From Prochloraceae cyanobacterium (GTDB lineage Bacteria > Cyanobacteriota > Cyanobacteriia > Cyanobacteriales > JASJDA01): a DNA stretch of 64,000 nucleotides. This document shows, piece after piece, positions 26,976 through 35,648 of the stretch (positions are counted from its first letter, which is position 1; every line of letters begins with the position of its first letter). Location: assembly GCA_030065755.1 (NCBI GenBank), contig JASJDA010000003.1:5454-69453 (forward strand). Reading direction: 5' to 3'. The position numbers and the translations under genes are program-made. The notes below the pieces were generated by a model. It did not search any database, was not told where the DNA came from, and was given only the letters and a program-made list of their open reading frames with translations.

Positions 26976-28046
26976 CTATTGTGGTTTGGCGATATCTCCC
27001 ACTTGGAATGTAGAATTTGAAGATACGATCGTGCCTTCGCTAGATTTGCTGTCTACGTCGGTCAACTTAATCTCGCCAATTTTTTCAGTTACTTCCCTAA
27101 TTACTTCACCTGTCTCGGGATCTTTTACTTGGCGAACAACTCTCTCAATTGATACTTTCATTCCGACTCGGAAACCATCTGAGGAGCCTTTATTGATAAT
27201 AACTTGAGTGCCAGCAATGTCTGCAACTAATGCTTTGACGTTACTCGATATTGTGCGAGGACTATTTCTTAAACCTCTAGGGGAAGCAGCAGTATTTTGA
27301 TAGCGAGAGTTTAGCTGAGTCACGACCTGGTCGATCGCTTTTTCGGTTGCTGTAGCAAGTAATTTATCCGCATCGATACTGTCAGAACTTCCACTAAATC
27401 CGTAAACGCTTATGCTACCTCGATCCGAGTCTTTAGCTTCTCCTTTTCCTTCAGCCACCATCAGAATCTCTCCAGTGGTTGTATCAACTACCCTGACGTT
27501 TAATCTAACGTTAGCTTGCGTGCTGTTAGACGAACCTCCATATCCCCAAACGCTAAATCCTTCTCGTTTGGTATCGGCATCAAATTCAGTAACAGAGCCG
27601 ATTATTATCATTTTTACACCCAACAGCTTGCCAATCTGAGCTGCTGTACTCGCATCGACTCTTCCAGAAGCGCCTAAATTTTGCTCAGTGAGAACGGCTT
27701 CAATTTTACTGCGTTCAATTACTCTATACAGACCGCTTTGCACTAACTTGTTGGTGAGGATATCGCTGACTCCCCTCGATCCTCGCCTAATTGAGCCAGG
27801 ACTGCTAATACTGCTAAAGTCAAAGTCTAATACAGCAATTCTCGGTCTTCCTTGTTTGCTTTGAATTTTGCTATTGTCTGGCGAATTCTTGTGCAAAGCA
27901 CCAGCTAAATTAAGATCGGAATCTAGCTCTTTGGCTTTGACTGGTTCGTTATAGGCGATCGGTAAGGTAAATAGTACAGCTGTAGCGCTAAAACAAATTC
28001 TATATAGCAGTGACGAGTTTTTATTTCGATCGCTTCTATAGTTCAT
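26976..28046 (-). CDS. CsgG/HfaB-family protein with FlgT-like C-terminal domain
   Basis: RIAVLDFDF, VIERSKIEAVLTEQNL, AAQIGKLLG, VRVVDTTTGEI, IINKGSSDG, KDPETGEVI; N-terminal signal-like segment. Confidence 0.85.
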   Translation of the reverse strand: MNYRSDRNKNSSLLYRICFSATAVLFTLPIAYNEPVKAKELDSDLNLAGALHKNSPDNSKIQSKQGRPRIAVLDFDFSSISSPGSIRRGSRGVSDILTNKLVQSGLYRVIERSKIEAVLTEQNLGASGRVDASTAAQIGKLLGVKMIIIGSVTEFDADTKREGFSVWGYGGSSNSTQANVRLNVRVVDTTTGEILMVAEGKGEAKDSDRGSISVYGFSGSSDSIDADKLLATATEKAIDQVVTQLNSRYQNTAASPRGLRNSPRTISSNVKALVADIAGTQVIINKGSSDGFRVGMKVSIERVVRQVKDPETGEVIREVTEKIGEIKLTDVDSKSSEGTIVSSNSTFQVGDIAKPQ

Positions 28047-28173
28047 TATTTCTAGTATCTCCTCTGCGAATCTTCGATTTATAATTACAAAAGTACTACT
28101 AAGATTTTACTTTTTTTTAACATATCTAATAATTTTACTAATTTTTTTCAGGGAAAAGTCAAGTTTTATTTTA

Positions 28174-29673
28174 TTATTTTGATTTTAAAGTTAAATAATT
28201 ATTAGAAACCGAAGAAGAGGTCAGGGGAAAAGTCACGGTGAAAGTGCTTCCAACTCCCTGCTGAGAACGTAGAGAAATACTGCCCCCCATTCCTTCAACT
28301 AGGGTTTTAACAATTGAAAGACCCAAACCAGTACCCCCAGTAGCGCGAGAGCGATCGTCGTCAACGCGATAAAAACGCTCGAAAATACGAGCTTGTTGTG
28401 CTAAGGGAATGCCAATACCGCGATCGCTAACTTGAATGGCAACTTTTGCTCCTTGCCGAGCTAATTTGACCGTAACTGGCTCTCGATCGTCGGAGTATTT
28501 AACAGCATTGTCAATTAAATTGAGCAGTACTTGTTTGAGGCGATTTATATCTGCTTTGACAATCATCGTCTTAGAACTAGATTTCACGTTGACAGTACGA
28601 TTGCAATATTCTCTCGCCATCCCTACTATTTCTTCGATGAAATCGTTGAGTACGATAGCCTCTATCTGAAAGTGCATCCTACCACTATCTACTCTTGCTA
28701 AATCTAATAAATCTTGCATTAATTGGATAGTGCGATTGGCTTCTGAAGATGCTATTTCCAGTGCTTCCCGTTGAGGTTGTGTCAAGTTATGACCTCGGCG
28801 CAAAGTACTTTGTAAATAGCCAGAAACAATAGTTAGGGGAGTGCGTAATTCGTGGGAAACATTGCTGAGTAATTGCTGTTGGTGTTCCCAAGCATCCGAG
28901 AGACGAACTAACATTTTCTCGAAGGTTTGTGCCAATTCCTTAACCTCGCTAGGAGGATTTTCTAAGTCTATGTGCGCTTCTTTGAGATCTTCAGCGGAAA
29001 TTTTTTCTGTTAGTTTAGAAATCCTCTGCAAAGGTTGAAGAGATCTCCCCACGTAAATGGCGAGCGCCACTGTTATTCCTGCAATTGACAGCAAGCTGGC
29101 TATACTCAAATTGCGTATCAGGCGCAAAAACATGGTTTGATCGCCAGTGATATCCTGAGCGATATAAAATTTCCCCAGCCTATTTCCTTTGACCTCTAGA
29201 GGAGTAGCGCAGAGCAACCAGTAGCGTCCTTCAACTTGCTTTATTTCGGGAATTGGGGGGACTTGTGTCAGGCTTAATAGATCCCTACCTTTAATCCCCA
29301 TTTCAATGGGATCCGATTGAGCGAGAACAATACCATCTTGATTTTTTATCCACAGTAAAATGTTAGCGGTAGTCCGGCGATCGATGGCTTTTTGCATCGC
29401 ATTTGGAAGCAAAACCATATCGCTGTAGATTTCTACATCGTGGGGGAAGCGATCGGCAATGTATTGAATATTTTGCTTGTGAGTAACAACTAGAATATTT
29501 TGCATCCTCAAACTCGTCCAGATGGCAACACCTCCTAGTCCGAGTGCTGAAAGGGTAACAACACCAACCGTTAACCTCATTCGTAAAGAAGACGGATCGA
29601 TCTGCTTTTTAAATTCACTTATTTTTTTACGCAGATGCGTGAAGAATTTCATAATATTTTTGTTAGATGCCAT
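28174..29673 (-). CDS. Membrane sensor histidine kinase (2 TM + HAMP), ManS/Hik27-like
   Basis: H-box NVSHELRTPLT, NLIDNAVKYS, DRGIGI, GGTGLGL. The ManS-like call is recalled similarity of the N-terminal region and is unverified. Confidence 0.9.
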   Translation of the reverse strand: MASNKNIMKFFTHLRKKISEFKKQIDPSSLRMRLTVGVVTLSALGLGGVAIWTSLRMQNILVVTHKQNIQYIADRFPHDVEIYSDMVLLPNAMQKAIDRRTTANILLWIKNQDGIVLAQSDPIEMGIKGRDLLSLTQVPPIPEIKQVEGRYWLLCATPLEVKGNRLGKFYIAQDITGDQTMFLRLIRNLSIASLLSIAGITVALAIYVGRSLQPLQRISKLTEKISAEDLKEAHIDLENPPSEVKELAQTFEKMLVRLSDAWEHQQQLLSNVSHELRTPLTIVSGYLQSTLRRGHNLTQPQREALEIASSEANRTIQLMQDLLDLARVDSGRMHFQIEAIVLNDFIEEIVGMAREYCNRTVNVKSSSKTMIVKADINRLKQVLLNLIDNAVKYSDDREPVTVKLARQGAKVAIQVSDRGIGIPLAQQARIFERFYRVDDDRSRATGGTGLGLSIVKTLVEGMGGSISLRSQQGVGSTFTVTFPLTSSSVSNNYLTLKSK

Positions 29674-30285
29674 TTAAAAATTTTTGGCGCTATGATTTTG
29701 TATATCGAATTCAAATCGTTGTTGGTAATTTGTTTCGCCGTAAAGATTAAAACTAATAGTCGGTTCTTCTGATATTGCTTCTACACTGTGAATAGCATCG
29801 GCAGTAAAGCTAATAATATCTCCTGGCAGGAGAATTTTTTCTCCAACTTTTTCAATGCGATCTCGATTTTCACGATCGCCACTGCGCTGCCAAAAAGTAT
29901 TTTTTTCTTCGCCACTAATTAATGCTACTACTCCCCAGGTAGCGTGATTGTGTATGGGAGAGACTTTTTTTGGTTCCCAGACTACAGTTTGTACGGTTAA
30001 AGGAAAATCGATCTCGTCATATAGCATTAAAACCGACCAACCTGTTTCGGGATTGGGTTCTCGATATTCACCTTGCAGCCAGTAGGAACTGGTAAGTAAG
30101 CGACGCACTAGGGGACGAATTGCTTCGAGACGCTGGCGATCGTCTTCAACTGTCTCGATAATATCTTCTAAGTCAGTGAGGAAGCGATAGAGTCGATATG
30201 GTTTTTCTGACCATTCCCAGTTATTTGGTATCTCACAAGCAATACAGCTACCGTCATCTTGCACTAACCAATCCGTATTCTCCAT
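29674..30285 (-). CDS. Cysteine dioxygenase-like cupin
   Basis: SPIHNHATWG and DAIHSVE give a 3-His metal site; TISFNLYG. Stop codon directly abuts the kinase start. Confidence 0.82.
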   Translation of the reverse strand: MENTDWLVQDDGSCIACEIPNNWEWSEKPYRLYRFLTDLEDIIETVEDDRQRLEAIRPLVRRLLTSSYWLQGEYREPNPETGWSVLMLYDEIDFPLTVQTVVWEPKKVSPIHNHATWGVVALISGEEKNTFWQRSGDRENRDRIEKVGEKILLPGDIISFTADAIHSVEAISEEPTISFNLYGETNYQQRFEFDIQNHSAKNF

Positions 30286-30446
30286 TATCGATCGCCCCTA
30301 GCTCAATTTTTGTTGCCTCAATCTTAATTTAGTAGAAAAACATCTGTTTGAGATGATTTTTACCCTAGCTGCACCTAAATTTTTCCTGAGAAAATAAAGT
30401 TTTTAGCCGCGATCGCCTTTTTTAGTCTTAAATATTTTTTAGTCGG

Positions 30447-30479
30447 TTCTCAGTGAAAACTCAGTTTAATCTCGTTAAA
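30447..30479. promoter_or_regulatory. Three 11-bp-phased direct repeats, candidate OmpR-family (ManR-like) site
   Basis: TTCTCAG (30447), AACTCAG (30458), ATCTCGT (30469) in the divergent promoter region. Confidence 0.5.
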
Positions 30480-30517
30480 TTAAATATTAGATATCAATTT
30501 CTATTTGAGAGATAAAT

Positions 30518-30739
30518 ATGAAAATCAAATCTGTTACTATGCTCGCGATCGCTCCTATTTTATCTTTGGCACTTGTAACTGCGTGTACTAACCCCTGTGC
30601 TGCTAAAGAAAAACCTGCTGGCGATCGGACAGAAAACCCCTGCGCTGCTAAAGAAAACCCCTGCGCTGCTAAAGAAAATCCTTGCGCTGCTAAAGAAAAC
30701 CCTTGCGCTGCTAAAGAAAACCCCTGCGCTGCTAAGTAG
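30518..30739 (+). CDS. Small lipoprotein composed of NPCAAK(E) repeats
   Basis: Signal peptide with lipobox LVTA-C, then six NPCAAK motifs. Synonymous variation (CCC/CCT, AAC/AAT) among the 21-bp units supports this reading frame. Confidence 0.85.
   Translation: MKIKSVTMLAIAPILSLALVTACTNPCAAKEKPAGDRTENPCAAKENPCAAKENPCAAKENPCAAKENPCAAK
30632..30736 (+). repeat. 5 x 21-bp coding tandem repeat
   Basis: GAAAA(C/T)CC(C/T)TGCGCTGCTAA(A/G) x5, plus an upstream copy at about 30590. Confidence 0.95.
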
Positions 30740-30983
30740 TGGTTTAGGTATTGGTAAAAATCTGATTTCTTCTAGTTTGAACTTTGTCTGGGTGCGCGAT
30801 CGAAGTCTTGTCACAACAGACAAAGTTTACTGTTTTAATATCTTAAGTTTACTGTGTTATTTGTGAATTGACTGCGATCGCCTCAACTTTGCTTGCATAA
30901 TCTATTTCTTTATATCTACTCCATATATACTTTGAGAGAAAGTAATAAAATATTAATTACTCAGTAAGACAAAAGTAGAAAAT

Positions 30984-31328
30984 ATGAACTTTGAGGAGCT
31001 GAAATTAGAACAATGCAACTTTATTCCTAAAACTAAAACTAATGTAATGGAATTACTTGTTGCACAAGAAATAAAAAAGCAAATAGAGCACTATCCCGCA
31101 CAAATTAAAGAGTATATCAACGAAGTAGAAGTAGCAGCTTATGCTTTGAATCGTTTACCTCCTCTGTACGCTTCTAGTGAAGAAGGTGTTTACAGACAAA
31201 AACAAATCGCACTAAGAGAGTACAGACATCAAATTAGTAATGTCGTACGTCAATCTTTGGAAACTGTACAAGCACAACCCCTTAGATTTTCCACGCCTTT
31301 AGAAGAAACACGCGAATCAATTGAATAA
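30984..31328 (+). CDS. ComFB-family protein
   Basis: NVMELLVAQEI, EVAAYALNRLPPLYASS, PLRFSTPL. Confidence 0.85.
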   Translation: MNFEELKLEQCNFIPKTKTNVMELLVAQEIKKQIEHYPAQIKEYINEVEVAAYALNRLPPLYASSEEGVYRQKQIALREYRHQISNVVRQSLETVQAQPLRFSTPLEETRESIE

Positions 31329-31413
31329 CCCTGGATTAGATGAAGATTTTTGGATTTTCCTAGTAGTTTTTGCGATTAATTATCAATTAACTTAATTTGT
31401 TGCAGATAAACAG

Positions 31414-31437
31414 TAATGAGAATTATGATTGTCAATA
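31414..31437. promoter_or_regulatory. Fur-box-like sequence upstream of furA
   Basis: TAATGAGAATTATGATTGTCAATA resembles the GATAATGATAATCATTATC family of sites; consistent with autoregulation. Confidence 0.4.
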
Positions 31438-31464
31438 GATTTAGTTTACTGACAGTAGGATAAT

Positions 31465-31998
31465 ATGTCGCCCTTGTCTTCTTATACAGCCGCTTCACTC
31501 AAAGCAGAGTTGAACGCACGGGGCTGGCGCATGACACCCCAAAGAGAAAAAATTCTGCACGTTTTTCAAAATCTTCCTAAAGGTAATCACCTGAGTGCAG
31601 AGGAACTCCACAATCTCCTAGAACGCCGAGGAGAATCGATTAGCTTGTCTACTATTTACCGAAGCGTTAAATTAATGGCGCGCATGGGTATTTTGCGAGA
31701 ATTGGAGTTAGCCGAAGGACACAAGCATTATGAAGTCAATCAACCCTATCCCCACCATCACCATCATTTAGTCTGCATTCAGTGCAACAAGACCCTCGAA
31801 TTCAACAACGACTCTATATTGAAACACAGTCTCAAACAGTGCGAAAAAGAAGGATTTCAGCTTATTGACTGCCAACTTACCGTTATGGCTATTTGTCCGG
31901 AAGCTTTGCGCATGGGATGGCCTTCTGGTCTCCCCAGTAATTGGTCTTGCAGTCGTTCTATTTCACAAAGCGAACCTTTAGAACAAGAAGAAGAATAA
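31465..31998 (+). CDS. furA: Ferric uptake regulator
   Basis: YTAASLKAELNARGWRMTPQR, HLSAEEL, STIYR, HHHHHLVCIQC. Confidence 0.93.
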   Translation: MSPLSSYTAASLKAELNARGWRMTPQREKILHVFQNLPKGNHLSAEELHNLLERRGESISLSTIYRSVKLMARMGILRELELAEGHKHYEVNQPYPHHHHHLVCIQCNKTLEFNNDSILKHSLKQCEKEGFQLIDCQLTVMAICPEALRMGWPSGLPSNWSCSRSISQSEPLEQEEE

Positions 31999-32101
31999 AT
32001 TTTATTTGCAATCTGCTTGTCTTACGGTCTGTCAAAATTCTTCAAAATTCTAAAGATTTCTCTTTAATTTACAAAAGTCAATAACAAAGAAATAAAGGAT
32101 T

Positions 32102-32542
32102 TCAAGAAGAAGTAGCAATTTTAAAACCTAGTGCTTTTTTCTTCATAGTTTGAAAAATATTGTAAAATCCATTAGCACGGGAAGGTGTGAGACTTACCTT
32201 AAGACCAGTTTCTTCAATAAAATCGGGGGTTACTTGCAAGATTTCTTCTGGGGTTAAACCATTAAGTCCTTCTATTAATAAAGCGACTAAACCTTTAACC
32301 AACTGAGCGTCGGAGTCTCCTTTGTACAATATTTTTCCATCTTCGAGATCGGCAGTAATATAAACCTGAGAAACGCAGCCATTAACTTTATTTTCTGGTG
32401 TTTTGAATTCTTGCGGCATTTCTTGAAGTTTTTTGGCATACCACAGTAGTTGTTCGTAACGTTGCTTGGGATTTGAGCGACGTTTGAAACGTTGGACAAT
32501 GCGATCGAGGTTTGGAGGTAGAGGTGTTGCAGCAGATGACAT
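32102..32542 (-). CDS. sufE: Fe-S cluster sulfur acceptor SufE
   Basis: KVNGCVSQV, GDSDAQLVKGL, LTPSRANGF. Confidence 0.95.
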   Translation of the reverse strand: MSSAATPLPPNLDRIVQRFKRRSNPKQRYEQLLWYAKKLQEMPQEFKTPENKVNGCVSQVYITADLEDGKILYKGDSDAQLVKGLVALLIEGLNGLTPEEILQVTPDFIEETGLKVSLTPSRANGFYNIFQTMKKKALGFKIATSS

Positions 32543-32762
32543 AATCTAGGTTTAATCTGGAAAATGTTTGTCAGTAATTGCTTTTCTTAATAGTGAAAAA
32601 CCTGGGAACAATGTTCTGGTATTTTCAACGGCGAGGGTTGTTCGCAAACTAAAATTCTGACATACATATATTACCATAAAAAACTGCTATTTTAGTAGTC
32701 CAGTGGCTTATTTTTCTTGTCTTATAAATTTCGAGCATAAAGCAAATAGAAAAATTTAAAAA

Positions 32763-33224
32763 TCAAATTAGTTTAAATTCTTTAAGGGCTGGTAAAAAAT
32801 TAAGATTTTCATGTTTAGAGCGACTGAGTTTAATTAAAGCAAAACGCTGAAGGTCATTCAACTTAAACCATTGTTCTGATGTAATTTGACAATTAAATTC
32901 AAGAGCTTTTTCTCGTACTTCGTTAGGAATAATTAGATGGTTTTTCCAAGGTGGTAAAGGGTTGATTTCAATATTTTTAGCTATTTCTCCGGTATATTTT
33001 TGGACTAAGTTTTGCAGTAATTCGCGATAATTATTTATTTCTAAATTACTTTGACAAGGTTGTTTGACAAGAATAAGGCGTTCTTGTTGGCTAAATTTAT
33101 TCCAGTGCGTTAATTTTAATTTAATCCCACAAGTATCTAATTTTAAACGAACAATCATAGGAATACAATGTAGAGAATCGACAAAATCAGACTCGAATTT
33201 AAAAAAATCGCTATTTTGATTCAT
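32763..33224 (-). CDS. narM: Nitrate reductase-associated protein
   Basis: FFKFESDFVDSLHCIPMIVRLKLDTCGIKLKL, LQRFALIKLSR..HEN.NF.PAL.EF. Confidence 0.9.
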   Translation of the reverse strand: MNQNSDFFKFESDFVDSLHCIPMIVRLKLDTCGIKLKLTHWNKFSQQERLILVKQPCQSNLEINNYRELLQNLVQKYTGEIAKNIEINPLPPWKNHLIIPNEVREKALEFNCQITSEQWFKLNDLQRFALIKLSRSKHENLNFLPALKEFKLI

Positions 33225-33249
33225 AATCTTAAAATTGACAACTTAAAAT

Positions 33250-33858
33250 TTAATCTATTGTTTCTTGCTTTAAGTCAGAAGAAGTATTACAATTCCACAG
33301 CATTAAATTTTCTTCAGAAGACATAAATATTGGTTTGACGGATACAGATGACAACCAAACTTGAAAAGAATTACCCCCTCGATCGATAAATTTTTCTAAG
33401 TCGGATAAAATTTTTGGGCGGTAAAAAGCGCATAAAGGTTCCCATTGACGATCTTTATTTTGAGGTACTAAAGCCACGATATTAGCTGGAAGCCCGTCTA
33501 AGTATTGTATCCAACTTTGCAGAATTTCTACTTGCAATTTAGGTAAATCGCAAGCAAGAAGTAAAATCCAATCGAAATAGGAAACGCGATTTATTTGAGA
33601 TAGTCCCTCAGCAAAAGCGATTATTGGTCCTCGACCCTGGCTAGACTCTTCGAGAAAAAAATAATCCTGTTTTAAGATAGTTTGATATTGAGTAACTCTA
33701 GGAGTAATAATATAAACGCGATCGCAACAAATATTCGCGGTAGAACAAACGCGATCGAGCATGGGAATACCTTTCCAGGGAATTAAGGCTTTATCTCGAC
33801 CCATGCGCGAACTTTTCCCTCCGGCTAAAACCAGTGCTGCTATTTTTGTTTCCATCAT
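33250..33858 (-). CDS. mobA: Molybdenum cofactor guanylyltransferase
   Basis: LAGGKSSRMGRDKA, LACDLP, EPLCAFY, NCNT. Confidence 0.93.
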   Translation of the reverse strand: MMETKIAALVLAGGKSSRMGRDKALIPWKGIPMLDRVCSTANICCDRVYIITPRVTQYQTILKQDYFFLEESSQGRGPIIAFAEGLSQINRVSYFDWILLLACDLPKLQVEILQSWIQYLDGLPANIVALVPQNKDRQWEPLCAFYRPKILSDLEKFIDRGGNSFQVWLSSVSVKPIFMSSEENLMLWNCNTSSDLKQETID

Positions 33859-33940
33859 TGCTTTTTATGGAACAAAGAAGAAGCCGAGCGGATTGACTGA
33901 GAAAAGTCCACTGTGCTGGAATTAAAAAAGATCGCCAAAG

Positions 33941-34261
33941 TCACCAAATATCGCCAAAGTCAGCGAATGGTAACGAATCACCAAAATCGCCAAATCCAGG
34001 ACCGATTAGATCGCCAAAGTCACTAAATGGTAACGAATCGCCAAAATCTCCCCAAAATGCTAGTAAATATTCTTCTAACTCTGCTTGAGAATTAAGTGAT
34101 GCTTGTTGGTGTTTTTCGCGAAGTTTTTCATGAATGGTTACCAGACGCTCTGAAATAGTTTTCTTCGGCGATGAAATTTTAGCCTCAGCAACAGCAGGAT
34201 TAACTGTTGCTAGAGCCATTAATATTCCTAAATAGCCAAGCTTGGTGTTGACTTTTATCAT
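33941..34261 (-). CDS. grrA: GrrA/OscA-type triceptide (cyclophane) RiPP precursor
   Basis: Signal-like N-terminus MIKVNTKLGYLGILMALA, leader ISERLVTIHEKLRE, core with eight aromatic-x-Asp motifs; lies downstream of the rSAM gene. Confidence 0.85.
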   Translation of the reverse strand: MIKVNTKLGYLGILMALATVNPAVAEAKISSPKKTISERLVTIHEKLREKHQQASLNSQAELEEYLLAFWGDFGDSLPFSDFGDLIGPGFGDFGDSLPFADFGDIW

Positions 34262-34292
34262 TAAATATCCTCAACTAAGACAAATTGGTTAA

Positions 34293-34324
34293 AACAGTTA
34301 TCAGTTATCAGTTATCAGTTATCA
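34293..34324. repeat. STRR (CAGTTAT)x4, with an inverted partner at 34441-34471
   Basis: AACAGTTATCAGTTATCAG... versus ...CTGATAACTGTT overlapping the rSAM 3' end. Confidence 0.8.
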
Positions 34325-34449
34325 GGTCTCCGTAACCCATTGTTTGGGAGAGAAAACGGAACAGCCTTACTTACTTGTTATTTTCCCCAAAAAACCTACT
34401 CTTGCCTGTTCCCTGTTGCCTTTTCCCTCTCCCTTCGGGAGATAACTGT

Positions 34450-35646
34450 TCAATGTTCGCTGATAACTGTTAATCCTAAGCGGCTTTCTAAGTTTTGTAA
34501 AATTATATCAGCAATTATCTGTTTGTTATATTGACAAGCCATTGTTTGCGAACAGCTAAAAGTGTTATTTTCCCAATATTTATTACTGGGCGCACCTCCA
34601 CCACAGAGACAGAAATACTCGCAGGTTTCCTGACATTCCCTTACTCCCTTATTAATATCATGATAGAGTCTTTGAAATTTATGACTTTGACAAACTGACT
34701 CTAAAGAATCTACTCTAAGGTTGCCCAGCACAAAATCACCATATTGTTCGCTTTTCATTGCCAGTAATTCTGGGGAAAATGTCGAAAAATTACCTTGGCT
34801 GTCGATACTAACAATAGAGAAAGGATGACACAACTCATTTTTTATTCTTTGTTTACCCGAGAGAATCAAAGAACTGATTTGCTCGAACTCTCGAACTTGA
34901 AATTCACCTTTAGTTGCTACTGTTAACTCCCAAAACCTCTGAAAAAATGCTCTAATCCGCTCTGCTTGATGAGATGAATTTAAGGAAGAATTACGATGAA
35001 TTCCTTCAATTTCTTCGATATTAAATGCTACTTTATTAATGCCATTATCTCGGAAAAAATTAAAAATTTCATCGGGATAATCGAGAGAATTTGCCGTCAA
35101 GACAGCAATGATTTGAAAATCTACTTCATTTTTTTTCAGTAACTCAATTCCTCTCATCGTTCCGGCATGAGTTCCTAACCCCGTTCGAGTCTTGCGATGG
35201 GCATCATGAATAAAATCAGGTCCATCTAAGCTAACCCCAACTTTAAAAGGATATTGTTGGAAAAAATCACACCACGCTTGGTTAATTAATAGTCCATTAG
35301 TTTGCACAGAATAAACTATTTTAGTATTGTCAGAACAGATTTGAAGCTGTAAGTTATCAATAATCTGTAAAGCTTTTTGGTAAAAGCTCAGAGGAACAGT
35401 AAGAGGCTCGCCAGCGTGCCAACAAACGGTAAATTTTTTCCTCATCCAAGAACTAGTTAGTATTCTTTGGAAAATTGGACTAATTAGCTCCAAAGATAGT
35501 TGGTGTTTTGATTGGCGGTCTGGTAAATAACAGTAATCGCAATCTAAGTTACAGTAAGATGATGCCTGAATAATGACCAAGCGAATCGAGCCAAATGACG
35601 AGATTTCTTTCTCATTTAATAACTCTTCAGTAGACTGTACGCTCAT
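34450..35646 (-). CDS. grrM: Cyclophane-forming radical SAM/SPASM peptide maturase (GrrM/OscB family)
   Basis: CNLDCDYC (CxxxCxxC), WHAGEPL, FNIEEIEG, FSTFSPELL, CQETCEYFCLCGGGAPSNKYWEN. Confidence 0.92.
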   Translation of the reverse strand: MSVQSTEELLNEKEISSFGSIRLVIIQASSYCNLDCDYCYLPDRQSKHQLSLELISPIFQRILTSSWMRKKFTVCWHAGEPLTVPLSFYQKALQIIDNLQLQICSDNTKIVYSVQTNGLLINQAWCDFFQQYPFKVGVSLDGPDFIHDAHRKTRTGLGTHAGTMRGIELLKKNEVDFQIIAVLTANSLDYPDEIFNFFRDNGINKVAFNIEEIEGIHRNSSLNSSHQAERIRAFFQRFWELTVATKGEFQVREFEQISSLILSGKQRIKNELCHPFSIVSIDSQGNFSTFSPELLAMKSEQYGDFVLGNLRVDSLESVCQSHKFQRLYHDINKGVRECQETCEYFCLCGGGAPSNKYWENNTFSCSQTMACQYNKQIIADIILQNLESRLGLTVISEH

Positions 35647-35648
35647 TA

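Noticed and set aside
30590-30736. 21-bp tandem repeats as a CRISPR array
   Set aside because: No spacers; the units are contiguous, in frame and vary at synonymous positions; no cas genes in the window.
30560-30866. Alternative-frame ORFs over the NPCAAKE repeat (30560-30823 minus, 30597-30866 plus)
   Set aside because: Shadows of a stop-free repeat; only the 30518 frame has a signal peptide and lipobox.
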